Below are positions 9,753 through 18,481 of a DNA stretch of 53,686 nt, piece by piece (the first letter of the stretch is position 1; each line of letters starts with the position of its first letter). Source of the DNA: a virus (Duplodnaviria; Caudoviricetes); IMG/VR virus record IMGVR_UViG_3300036822_000287, positions 1 to 53,686 of that record; one strand, written 5' to 3'. The translations under genes and the position numbers were made by a program. Below the pieces are notes generated by a model. That model worked only from the letters and a program-made list of their open reading frames with translations. It ran no database searches and was not told the DNA's origin.

Positions 9753-10543
9753 CTGAACAGGCCTTCATCTGGACGGAGACTGGCAGCACGTTTGCGCTGG
9801 ATGCCACGACCACAGAAAATCATGCCCGAACCTCACAAACGACGAGTAACCCCGTAGAGAGTGGCGCGGTGATTTCCGACCACACGATTATTGCACCCGC
9901 AACACTGACGCTGACTGGCGTGATGGTTGACGTCAATTCTGCGAAACCGCCACTGGAGAAACTGACGGGCGTGCTTCAGGCATTCATCGATAATCCGAAT
10001 TTCATTGATGATATCTCCATCCCCGGGACTCTGAAAAACATCACCGACCAGACCGTGGAATTCGTCGATCGCTCCATTGACCTGATTGCGACGACCATCT
10101 CCAGTCTTGTTGATGGCGTGAGCAGTGAGCAACGGGCCCTGGCGCCCTGGATCCCCACACTGTTCCCCTCCGATGCAGTCGATTTCAGTGACGGAAAGCT
10201 GCGGATTGCGCAGGCCTATGATCAGCTGTTTGCGATTCAGAAGTCAGGGTTGCCTGTCTCGGTGGTGACCTCTACGGCGCTTTACAGCAACATGATCATT
10301 ACCAGCGTCAAGGTCGATATTGATGCCTCTAAAGGGAATTTCGCCGTGTTTACCCTGGCGTTTCAGGAAGTTTTGATCGTAGATACGCAAAACACGAGTA
10401 TGACCAACACTCAGCATTCACAGCTCATTGGTACCTGTAGCGGCAGAACGGCTGCACAGACGGCAGCGCCACGCAATGCCGGGGAAGTAACGCCAACCAC
10501 CGTCAGTGAGTCTGATGCTGCTAAGTGGGGAGAAGTGTTATGA
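9749..10543 (+). CDS. Baseplate/tube-initiator (Dit-like) protein
   Basis: LDAT..E.H..T.NPVESGA.ISDH motif; Y.NMIITS and F.EV.IV motifs; ATGA-coupled to the tape measure gene. Confidence 0.75.
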   Translation: MTEQAFIWTETGSTFALDATTTENHARTSQTTSNPVESGAVISDHTIIAPATLTLTGVMVDVNSAKPPLEKLTGVLQAFIDNPNFIDDISIPGTLKNITDQTVEFVDRSIDLIATTISSLVDGVSSEQRALAPWIPTLFPSDAVDFSDGKLRIAQAYDQLFAIQKSGLPVSVVTSTALYSNMIITSVKVDIDASKGNFAVFTLAFQEVLIVDTQNTSMTNTQHSQLIGTCSGRTAAQTAAPRNAGEVTPTTVSESDAAKWGEVL

Positions 10544-10854
10544 ACATCTGGAAAATTCCGGTAAACAGTTCCCCCCGCCAGAGCATGCGCTTTCAGGTCG
10601 GCGACCTGCACGTAGGGCTTACGCTGTACTACAACCCGGTACCGGACGGTGGCACATGGGTGATGGATTTAATCGATGCCGACAGCAATGACGTTCTGGT
10701 GAGTGGATATAGTCTGGTCTGTGGTGTCCCTATTCTTAAACGCACCACGCTGCCGTTCTGGTTTCGTCTTGTAGATATCAGCGGACTGCATCTGAACCCC
10801 TATAACGGCAATGATCTGGGCACCCGCTGTCTGCTCTATGTCGTGGAGAAATAA
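10540..10854 (+). CDS. Small baseplate protein
   Basis: ATGA overlap at 10540; IPV..P.QS, W.MDL, LVCGVPIL and DLGTRC.LY motifs. Confidence 0.7.
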   Translation: MNIWKIPVNSSPRQSMRFQVGDLHVGLTLYYNPVPDGGTWVMDLIDADSNDVLVSGYSLVCGVPILKRTTLPFWFRLVDISGLHLNPYNGNDLGTRCLLYVVEK

Positions 10855-10855
10855 G

Positions 10856-11803
10856 ATGCGGGAATATGGACGTCAGTATGTACTGCAGATTGGTGAAGAT
10901 GGTGATGCCTTGATCATCAATAATCTGCGCATCAACTTTTCCTTCAGCCACACACACGACAAGACGGCGAATACCGGCACCATTAAGGTGTACAACCTCA
11001 GTCGGGATACCATAAATCAGATCCAGACAGGCAAAGCTGACCGCTACCACCAGGTCACATTGTCGGTGGGTTACGGCGATCTGAACGATGTGCGAACGCT
11101 GTTTACCGGACAGCTGAGCAATGCAGTGGTCAACAAGGGAGGCTCCGCTACACAGACATCTACTCCTGCGACCGGACAAACGACCAAAGCCGGCGCAAGC
11201 ACGTCAGGCGCTGAAGTGGATTCCATACTGGAATTGACCTGCGACGACGGCGGTGTGGCATCGCGTAACGCCATGATGAACACCTCCTTTGCTGCAGGCA
11301 GTTCTCATGCTGAGCTGGTGAAAGCCTGCGCATCAACAATGACGGGTGTGATCCCCGGACTGGTGGGAATTGCCAGCAATCTGGTGCTGACCCGGGGTCG
11401 CGTCTGCTATGGCATGACGCGCCATATCCTGACGCAAATTGCCAGTCATCATGACGCAGACTGGTCCATTCAGCATGGCTATCTGATGATTATGGCATCT
11501 GATTATGTTCGCCCGGAGTCGGCCGTGGTGCTGAGCCAGCAAACGGGCATGATTGGCGCGCCCAAAAAATCGGGAGACAAGGTGACGGTGACCTGCCTGT
11601 TACGCCCGGAGATTCTGATTCACTCGAAAGTCCGGATAGATTCCATCAATGACAGCTTTGATGGGGAGTACAAAGTAGTGGATATAAAATCAGAAGGCGA
11701 TACGCACGCTAATTCCTGGAAAAGCACGCTGGAGCTGAAACTCCCTGAAAGTGGTGCGTTTAAATCCGCTACCAAGGCCAATTCCGCCGGAGGAAAAGCA
11801 TGA
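10856..11803 (+). CDS. Baseplate hub protein
   Basis: N.G.IKVYNLS, LSVGY, WSIQ.G.L, TGMIG.P and CLL.P.I motifs. Confidence 0.78.
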   Translation: MREYGRQYVLQIGEDGDALIINNLRINFSFSHTHDKTANTGTIKVYNLSRDTINQIQTGKADRYHQVTLSVGYGDLNDVRTLFTGQLSNAVVNKGGSATQTSTPATGQTTKAGASTSGAEVDSILELTCDDGGVASRNAMMNTSFAAGSSHAELVKACASTMTGVIPGLVGIASNLVLTRGRVCYGMTRHILTQIASHHDADWSIQHGYLMIMASDYVRPESAVVLSQQTGMIGAPKKSGDKVTVTCLLRPEILIHSKVRIDSINDSFDGEYKVVDIKSEGDTHANSWKSTLELKLPESGAFKSATKANSAGGKA

Positions 11804-12540
11804 TCTACCCACGAGAAAATACCTCCCTGGAAGGCATCATTAATAACGCGCTCGCCGATCACGCAACCCATTTTCGCGTGGCAGTACCTGGCATTATTGA
11901 CAGTTTTGATGCTGTTAAACAAACAGCCACCGTAATTGTGGCGTGCTCCGGCAGTGACAGCGATGGCAGTGAAATGCGCCTGCCGCCGTTGCTCGACGTA
12001 CCAGTAAGCTTCCCTCGTGGTGGTGGATTTGCCGTCACTTTTCCGGTTGTACCGGGTGATGAAGGCCTGCTTGTCTTTTCCGATCGCTGCATTGATGGCT
12101 GGCATCAAAACGGCAAGCCGGGTATTCCGCCGGACTATCGTCTGCATGATTTGAGTGATGCCAGTTTTATTCCGGGTATAAGTTCGCTGGGACGCGTCAT
12201 TTCTGAACACCGCACTGACGCGATTATGTTGCGCCAGCTCGACGGGAACGGCTATGTGTCCATTGACACTGACGGCAATGTCGATATCGATGGGGCAATA
12301 CTGCGGGTGCATTGTCCGGTTGAATTTATGCAATCCGTCACGATGGATGACACGCTGAATGTCGCTAAAACCCTGACTTACCAGGGGGGTATGAGCGGCA
12401 GCGGTGGTGATGGTGTTGTGGCTTCCTTCAATGGTGCTATCACCGTGAACGGGGATGCCATTATCAGCAATATCAGCTACGGCGGCCACACCCATCAGGA
12501 ACATGGGGATGGCGGCGGGATCACAGGAGGACCGCAATGA
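11800..12540 (+). CDS. Baseplate spike (Gp138/gpV-like membrane-piercing spike)
   Basis: LP.L.DVPV.FP.GGG..TFPV.PGDEGL.VF.DRCID.W and R.HDLSDA motifs; C-terminal HTH (HxH) metal site. Confidence 0.85.
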   Translation: MIYPRENTSLEGIINNALADHATHFRVAVPGIIDSFDAVKQTATVIVACSGSDSDGSEMRLPPLLDVPVSFPRGGGFAVTFPVVPGDEGLLVFSDRCIDGWHQNGKPGIPPDYRLHDLSDASFIPGISSLGRVISEHRTDAIMLRQLDGNGYVSIDTDGNVDIDGAILRVHCPVEFMQSVTMDDTLNVAKTLTYQGGMSGSGGDGVVASFNGAITVNGDAIISNISYGGHTHQEHGDGGGITGGPQ

Positions 12541-12884
12541 GAACCCGGAGAATCAATGACAATAATGACTGGCTTTTCGGCGCCGGTCGCCAGAGTTATC
12601 TCTCTGGCTCTGACGCGGTGGCACAGAAGGTGTTAACCCGACTTCAGTCATTTAAAGGAAACTGGTTTTTAAATCTCGACGCCGGTATCAACTGGGTTGC
12701 TGAGATGGAACAACGCGGTCAGCAACCTTTACTGGAAGCCAGTGTAAAAACAACCATTCTGAATACCCGGGGCGTGGTATCGCTTAATACCTTCAGTCCG
12801 TCATGGGACGCCCGCAACCGGAAATTAACCATCACTGCCAGCTACACCGATATCTACGGTGTTACAAATGAGGTCACGGTGTAA
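12537..12884 (+). CDS. Baseplate wedge / sheath initiator (gp25/gp46-like)
   Basis: MR.RR...DW.FG.G, AQ.V.TRL..F.G.WFL..GI.W and DIYG motifs. Confidence 0.78.
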   Translation: MRTRRINDNNDWLFGAGRQSYLSGSDAVAQKVLTRLQSFKGNWFLNLDAGINWVAEMEQRGQQPLLEASVKTTILNTRGVVSLNTFSPSWDARNRKLTITASYTDIYGVTNEVTV

Positions 12885-14035
12885 TGGGACAGTTAACCCC
12901 TCAGGGCTATGTAGCCGATACGTTTAATGACATCTTCAACCAGTTTATTACCGGCCTGAAAGGTATCTATGGCGATGATATCCTGGTCGATCCGGACGAC
13001 CCGGATGGACAACTTGCCGGTATCCTGGCACAAATGCGTGCCGATATCGAAGGCACAATTCTGGCAATTTATCAGGCAAACGATCCGGATAATGCTACGG
13101 GAGCGTGGCTTGAGCAGAAAGTCGCTTATGCCGGGCTTGAACGCCGTGCCGCTCAGTATTCCTACCTTCGCGATGTTGCGTTGACCGGATCGGCCGGGGT
13201 GCTGATTAAATCGGGCGCTATTGTCCGTGATGACAGCGGTGTCCAGTGGATAAGTCAGACCGATGTGACGCTTGATGATGACGGAAATGGCGTTCAGGAT
13301 TTTCGCTCGCAGTCACTCGGGCAATATCAGGTGGCCGCCCATATTTCACTGACTATCATGACGGTAGTCGCGGGCTGGCAGACAGCGGCCACACAATACT
13401 CGTCAGAGACCGGGCTCGAAGAGGAAACTGACCCCCAGCTTCTGGCTCGCTTTTACCGTTCGCGCAGCAAACCCGCTGTGAACTGTGTGGATGGTACGGT
13501 GGCGGATATTTATGCTCTGCCAGATGTCAGTGAAGTGGTGTCCCTCGAAAACAGCAGCGACGAAGTCGATGGCAATGGCGTGAATGCACATACGGTCAAT
13601 TATGTTGTTGATGGCGGCGATAATTCTCAGATTGCGAAAGCCATATACCGCAACTGGCCGGGAACAGGCCTGCAGGGCGATATTTCTGTGCCGGTGACTC
13701 GCTACAGTGGCAATACCGTCGATATTCAGTTTGACCGGCCCACCCCCGTGGATGTGTCCACGGAGATAACTGTTGGCCGACGTAAGAATTTCACGTATGT
13801 CGACACCACCCAGATAATCGCTCAGGTGATGAGTATGCAGTTCTCTATTGGTGAATCCGTTTATCAGGCGGATATTTCAGATGTCGTGAATCAGACCTCC
13901 GGTGTGTATGTGAAATCGATTTTACTGGGGCGTGACGGTGATGAGCTGGCTGACATCGACGTACTGAAGATGACTGCCCGCGAAAAGGCCCGTTTCCTTA
14001 GTGGCAATGTCACTGTGACCGTGGTGGACGAATGA
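12884..14035 (+). CDS. Baseplate J/gp47-like wedge protein
   Basis: IYG.DI..DPD..DGQ, DPD.A.G.WL, G.EEETD..L..R and F.RP motifs. Confidence 0.85.
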   Translation: MGQLTPQGYVADTFNDIFNQFITGLKGIYGDDILVDPDDPDGQLAGILAQMRADIEGTILAIYQANDPDNATGAWLEQKVAYAGLERRAAQYSYLRDVALTGSAGVLIKSGAIVRDDSGVQWISQTDVTLDDDGNGVQDFRSQSLGQYQVAAHISLTIMTVVAGWQTAATQYSSETGLEEETDPQLLARFYRSRSKPAVNCVDGTVADIYALPDVSEVVSLENSSDEVDGNGVNAHTVNYVVDGGDNSQIAKAIYRNWPGTGLQGDISVPVTRYSGNTVDIQFDRPTPVDVSTEITVGRRKNFTYVDTTQIIAQVMSMQFSIGESVYQADISDVVNQTSGVYVKSILLGRDGDELADIDVLKMTAREKARFLSGNVTVTVVDE

Positions 14036-14036
14036 T

Positions 14037-14612
14037 ATGGCTGAATATGCAGACCTTCTGATCGTCCAGTATGCCGGTAAGCCGAATGCTACCGCGACCA
14101 TCCGGTTGTTGAGCGAGCAGTGGACGCAGTCATTTGAGGGGGCCACCAGTATTCCGGAAATGCTCAATATCGATACTGCGGCAGGCGTGAACCTGAATAT
14201 CGTGGGGAAAATCGTAGGACAGGACCGCACGTTGCCCGCGGCTGTTCCCCGGGAGTTTTTTGCTTTTGAAGGCAACCTCACAACCAAAGGGTACCAGGCA
14301 AACGGACAAGGAGGGTCACCCTGGTACCGGAAAGGAGATGCCCTTGAAAGTTCTGGTGAACTCTCCGATTCGGAAATGCGCATTCTAATCAAAGCGCGAA
14401 CCATCAAAAACTTCAGCCGCTGCAGCATGGATGATGTCGAGCGTGCCTGTGAAGTGCTGTTTGGCAAGAATGGGTATCAGATAACGGTAACAGCCCCCTG
14501 CGTCTGGACCATTACCACACAGCGTGCAGACCCATTTGTGCTGTACGCCGCTCAGGAACTGGACGTTCTGCCCAGAGCTGCGGGCGTTCGCTATGAATTT
14601 ACAGAGGAGTAA
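14037..14612 (+). CDS. Baseplate wedge protein (DUF2612 family)
   Basis: Y.DLLI.QY..KP.A, NIDTA.G..L.IVGKIVG..R and LPR.AGV motifs. Confidence 0.82.
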   Translation: MAEYADLLIVQYAGKPNATATIRLLSEQWTQSFEGATSIPEMLNIDTAAGVNLNIVGKIVGQDRTLPAAVPREFFAFEGNLTTKGYQANGQGGSPWYRKGDALESSGELSDSEMRILIKARTIKNFSRCSMDDVERACEVLFGKNGYQITVTAPCVWTITTQRADPFVLYAAQELDVLPRAAGVRYEFTEE

Positions 14613-14615
14613 ACC

Positions 14616-15584
14616 ATGACTCAAGGTATCCGCCCGGACGGGCAAATTTTTGCTTCTGACGCCAGTGACGGTGAGCTGGAAGCCTTCCCGGCAACTGCTC
14701 GTGGCTGGGGTGTGACCGTCGATGGGAAAGATGAAGCTGGTAATAGTGTTGTTGAAGCCACCAATGGCATCCCACCGATGGAGTGGGATAACGGGCAACG
14801 TAATAAAGTGGACAATAATATCTGGTGGTTGATGCAGCATGCCATTCCGGAGTGGCAGGCTGGTAACTGGGATGCCGGTGCGTTTGTACGGTATAACTCT
14901 GTGGTGTATTACAACGCAACGGATGCGGAAATCTCAGGTGAGCCAGGGGACAGTGCTGACTGGACATCGATACTTCCATTGAATGGGGCTGATGGTCGTT
15001 ATTTGCAGGTGAATAACAACTTGTCGGAGATTGCGGCGAAGGGGGCTGATGCGCAAACTCAGGCCCGTATAAATCTTGGTTTGAATGATACAGATGCAAT
15101 CACAAAATTAATTTACCCTGTTGGTGCCGTAATAATGAATAAAGGGACTAATCCTGCAACATATTTAGGGTTTGGGACATGGACACAAAGGAGTGGCGCT
15201 ATTTATGGTGGCGGGAGCGTAACTGATTCCGATAGCAATATACAGACGTTTGCTACAGGGAGTGTCTCTGGTTATTTTAGAGCTCATCGCTCTCATTTAT
15301 ATAGCGACTCGATATCGGTGAGTGTTAGCGGTACCACTAATAGTACAGGGGGCCACTTACATGCTGCGCCAGTTGAGAAAGGAAATGGTCCAACTGCCTC
15401 TCAATCAATTGCAGGTAGTGCCTGGGGAGGATCGCGAGAAAATACGACAACTAATGCAGGGACATCCACTGATGGAGCGCATACACATACTGTTACAAGC
15501 TCCGGGTCTTTTTCCCTAGGCGCAAATACCAATAACTTTGTAACACCTGGTTATGCATTTTCTGTATGGGAACGGACGGCATAA
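14616..15584 (+). CDS. Tail fibre protein
   Basis: Last gene of the operon; RGWG..GIPPMEW.N baseplate-binding region, YPVGAV, HxH motifs, C-terminal WERTA. Confidence 0.85.
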   Translation: MTQGIRPDGQIFASDASDGELEAFPATARGWGVTVDGKDEAGNSVVEATNGIPPMEWDNGQRNKVDNNIWWLMQHAIPEWQAGNWDAGAFVRYNSVVYYNATDAEISGEPGDSADWTSILPLNGADGRYLQVNNNLSEIAAKGADAQTQARINLGLNDTDAITKLIYPVGAVIMNKGTNPATYLGFGTWTQRSGAIYGGGSVTDSDSNIQTFATGSVSGYFRAHRSHLYSDSISVSVSGTTNSTGGHLHAAPVEKGNGPTASQSIAGSAWGGSRENTTTNAGTSTDGAHTHTVTSSGSFSLGANTNNFVTPGYAFSVWERTA

Positions 15585-15689
15585 TAAAATTCATATCATC
15601 CAAATTGCTTGGAATGCTGTTAAACAACACATGAAGTTAAACATCATTCCACATAGGATACCCTCCCTCAGAACTGAACTCATCATAGC

Positions 15690-15720
15690 TGAACACTTTT
15701 AGATTTCTTAAAAGTGTTCA
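15690..15720. repeat. 12-bp inverted repeat downstream of the tail operon (possible terminator/operator)
   Basis: TGAACACTTTTA-N7-TAAAAGTGTTCA. Confidence 0.4.
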
Positions 15721-15787
15721 ATAACACTGTATAAAAATCATAATAAATGCCATAGTAGTATTAAATTTCTCTAATCAAATGAAAAAC

Positions 15788-16686
15788 ATGTTAATCTCTA
15801 AATTTCTGCATTGGGAAGAGTGTTCGTTAAAAAGTTATGGAACTGTTTGCCAGCTTTAAGGTTTTAATTGCGAATCATCTCCCGAATTCTTATCGTTTAT
15901 GATGCGCCATAATTCTCCTTTACGTTTTTTTGAATATAAAAGAAAAGGAAATATCCTTGGTGGGGTTTGCGTTGACCAAGGGTGGCTTGCAAATGATATA
16001 AAGAATAAAAATAGGTCTTTGCAGTCATTACCAATCCCAACAGCTTCAATCTACCTTCCTTTCGACATGAACTCGCCAGGGGAATCAATAATCCCATTTA
16101 AATCTAAATGCTTGCACCCACTTCAAAAAGACTTATTTGTAAACACTTCTTATAATTTATTTAGTAAGCGAAAAATTGGTTTGGTAAAATCTTTTCCTTC
16201 GGGCTTCTCCAAGAAAACAATATCTACTCGCGAAAGAGAAATTAGAAAGTTCCTTGCTGTTGGTGGAGCATTTGTTCCCATCAGTGATTTGGATAGTAAT
16301 TATTTCTTCGATATATATCGAGAGTTGTTTTTCGCTCGACGTAAACGAGAGATCATTGAACAAGATTTAAATAGGATTTTTTCAATGAGTTTCATCATTG
16401 TTTTAAAGGTGATGTTATTTTTTTAAATAATGAATCTATAGCGATCCAATTACTTCTTTCTGTATCTAGTCAAGCAGGTTACTTTGTGGATTTCATTAAT
16501 ATAGGCTACACACAAGAAAGCCCGCTAAATTCGTTGGGTACTATACTCATGTGGCGAAATCTAACTTCGCTGACAGCTGAAGCCGCTGAAAAAAATCAGA
16601 ATCTGTTCTACTCTTATGGATTTATGTCTGGGGAGTACAAAACTAGATGGTGTAACTCTTTATCTGTAGGGCGTGCTATATGTTGA
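15788..16686 (+). pseudogene. mig-14: Mig-14-family antimicrobial-peptide resistance protein, inactivated
   Basis: ATG 15788, in-frame TAA at 15857, frameshift in the T-run near 16380; KCLHP, DFINIGY..SLGTILMW.N and YK.RWC motifs. Confidence 0.75.
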
Positions 16687-16891
16687 TTACTCAATGTTAG
16701 GATAGTGCACTTGAGGTTGAGGCTGTATCCGTTGTACAACTTTGTTACACGTTTAAAACGCAGCGGCAGTCCTTACTTACCTTGGAGGTCGTAAATACGT
16801 ATATGGCTATAATGCGAGCTTTCTAACATAAGTGACTTCTTTTTCTAAATTCAATATGCTGTGATTCGAGTAATAAAAATCCTCTCTGAGA

Positions 16892-17160
16892 GGTATTCTT
16901 GAATAAATCATATTTGCAAAAAATTCTCGAAACAAGTTGGTACCAGTCGGGCGGTACGCATATTTTCAGACATATCAGTCTTCGTCATTTTATTCAGCGC
17001 AATCACCATGAGTCATAGCCTCCGCAACACGCAGTATCAATGAACATCCGAGTAACTGTTTTACCCGCACATCGCCGTTTCCACTATCGAGCCTGTCTAT
17101 TTCCACCACGCTTATTCCCGCTCAGCCGCTGATTAGCAACAGCACGGTTACGATCTATGT
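16892..17160 (-). mobile_element. IS903-like (IS5 family) 3' remnant
   Basis: Minus strand resembles the IS903 tnp 3' end (..CGTAACCGTGC..GCTAATCAGCG..GAAACGGCGATG..GTAAAACAG..GCGCTGAATAAAATGACGAA); degenerate IR TTGAATAAATCA near 16899. Confidence 0.75.
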
Positions 17161-17227
17161 ACCCACCCAGCCAGTACTCTGCCCCCTTTGGGCAGGTATG
17201 AGAGCACTGATTTACTTACTATTGAGA

Positions 17228-17371
17228 TGTGCGATCTTCTGCATGATGGGTTTTTTAGGAGGGATGTACTTAACGTAGTGATTTTTAAGGATATGCTTTA
17301 GTTTTGTTGCTTCTTTTCTTCTGCATGAAAATCACGTGATTTAATTCTTATTTGCACATTCTTTTGCATTG
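17228..17371 (+). repeat. Putative prophage left end with transposase-binding repeats
   Basis: TG at 17228; TCTTCTGCATGA at 17235-17246 and 17317-17328, variant TCTTTTGCATTG at 17360-17371. Confidence 0.6.
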
Positions 17372-17431
17372 CCCGGAGGTGTCAGCCAAAGAAATTACAG
17401 ATACAAGGGTACCACTATGCTCTACGGGAAG

Positions 17432-18055
17432 TTAGAGCATTTTTTTTACTGACTGATCGGTCAGAGGCACCGCACATTTGTCCCCTCTAAAGCTCTCACA
17501 AATCTCTCTCGTGCGTTGCGAGGGAAGTGATTTAAGTATAAGCGCTAACTCTTTGATTTCATGATTTAAGTTAAGTAATTCAATATTTTCTTCATCAGTA
17601 AGCTGCAATAACGTCTCAACCCCTTTTCTAATTAGGACATCGGCAACCGCTTCTTGATCGGATAAAGATAACCTCTGCAATAGCATCATTAGCATCTGAG
17701 ATGTGTTATTAGCTTCAATTGGTGCAGAGACCTTCTGTTCTACATCAGACGCCTCGATCTTTTGGTCGACATCTTTGTTCGATTCATCACTATCACCCGT
17801 CAGTAGCCATGTCATGGATACATTACAGGCATCTGCAACAGCTGCAAGATTGTCTATCCCTGGGTAGATTTTACCACTCAGATATTTACGAATAGTTGTC
17901 TCGGACAGGCCACTTCTTCGTGCAAGCTCAACATTACTCATCCCATTCATAGCGTCCTTTAGGCGCTCGCCAAAACGGATTATTGTGTCTCGTCCATTAA
18001 TCCGCTCCCCATCGCTTTTACTATCTTCGGATTTTTCCCCGTAACCATATGACAT
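17432..18055 (-). CDS. Phage repressor (XRE HTH)
   Basis: FGERLK..MS..ELARRSGLSETTIRKYLSG..P..L..A..VS..WL; divergent from ner; start at 18055 inferred. Confidence 0.85.
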   Translation of the reverse strand: MSYGYGEKSEDSKSDGERINGRDTIIRFGERLKDAMNGMSNVELARRSGLSETTIRKYLSGKIYPGIDNLAAVADACNVSMTWLLTGDSDESNKDVDQKIEASDVEQKVSAPIEANNTSQMLMMLLQRLSLSDQEAVADVLIRKGVETLLQLTDEENIELLNLNHEIKELALILKSLPSQRTREICESFRGDKCAVPLTDQSVKKML

Positions 18056-18117
18056 AAAAAGAGTTCCATTGGGATTCACACAAAACAAAAGGTCGAGCAA
18101 ATAATCCGATTTAAAAA

Positions 18118-18189
18118 TTGACATCGGATTATTGTTCGAATAAGCTTTTATCAAGTTCGATAAGCGAATGCGATTATCGAATTCGATAA
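18118..18189 (+). promoter_or_regulatory. Early promoter (Pe-like) with two operator palindromes
   Basis: TTGACA (18118)-17 bp-TAAGCT (18141); TTATCAAGTTCGATAA 18148-18163 and perfect TTATCGAATTCGATAA 18174-18189. Confidence 0.7.
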
Positions 18190-18207
18190 ACGATAAAGGA
18201 TCACATA

Positions 18208-18480
18208 ATGCAGATGACTACACAAGATCTAGCTGCGTTCTTCATTACTGAGGGCGAGGACTGGGAAGCTGGAGTTATTCATGCAGCCCTGAAACGTAAA
18301 GGCTGTACGATTTCCAGCCTTGAGCGTGAGCGTGGCCTGAAGCCCGGCGCTATGCGTAACGTCTTATATCGTCCTTGCGATGCGTACGAGAATGCAATTG
18401 CAGCCGTCATTGGTGTCGACCCGGCAGTTATCTGGCCAAGTCGATATCAGGATAAAAATACTCAGGTAGTGGCGGCTTAA
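18208..18480 (+). CDS. ner: Ner-like transcriptional regulator
   Basis: DW...I.AALK.KG..L...GL..E..IA..IGV.P..IWPSRY signature. Confidence 0.9.
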   Translation: MQMTTQDLAAFFITEGEDWEAGVIHAALKRKGCTISSLERERGLKPGAMRNVLYRPCDAYENAIAAVIGVDPAVIWPSRYQDKNTQVVAA

Positions 18481-18481
18481 G

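Larger units (their letters stand above)
4939..15584 (+). other. Head-less contractile phage-tail operon (candidate R-type tailocin / tail-only element)
   Basis: 15 consecutive intact neck/tail/baseplate/fibre genes, many overlapping or abutting; no head, packaging, replication, integrase or lysis genes between the flanking IS scars. Confidence 0.85.

Noticed and set aside
11620-12537. 305-aa minus-strand ORF
   Set aside because: Antisense shadow of the spike/hub genes with no motifs.
4939-15584. Tail operon as an eCIS (Afp/PVC) or T6SS
   Set aside because: No Afp15-like AAA ATPase, VgrG/PAAR pair, TssJLM/ClpV or toxin cargo recognised; the gene set is myophage tail-like.
4939-15584. Tail operon as part of the Mu-like prophage
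   Set aside because: It lies outside the predicted left end at 17228, lacks the late palindrome, and the prophage has its own complete tail from different families.
15727-15742. Possible LexA box CTGTATAAAAATCATA
   Set aside because: The right half-site is not ACAG and it lies downstream of the tail operon. No convincing SOS box was seen upstream of 3437 or 4939.
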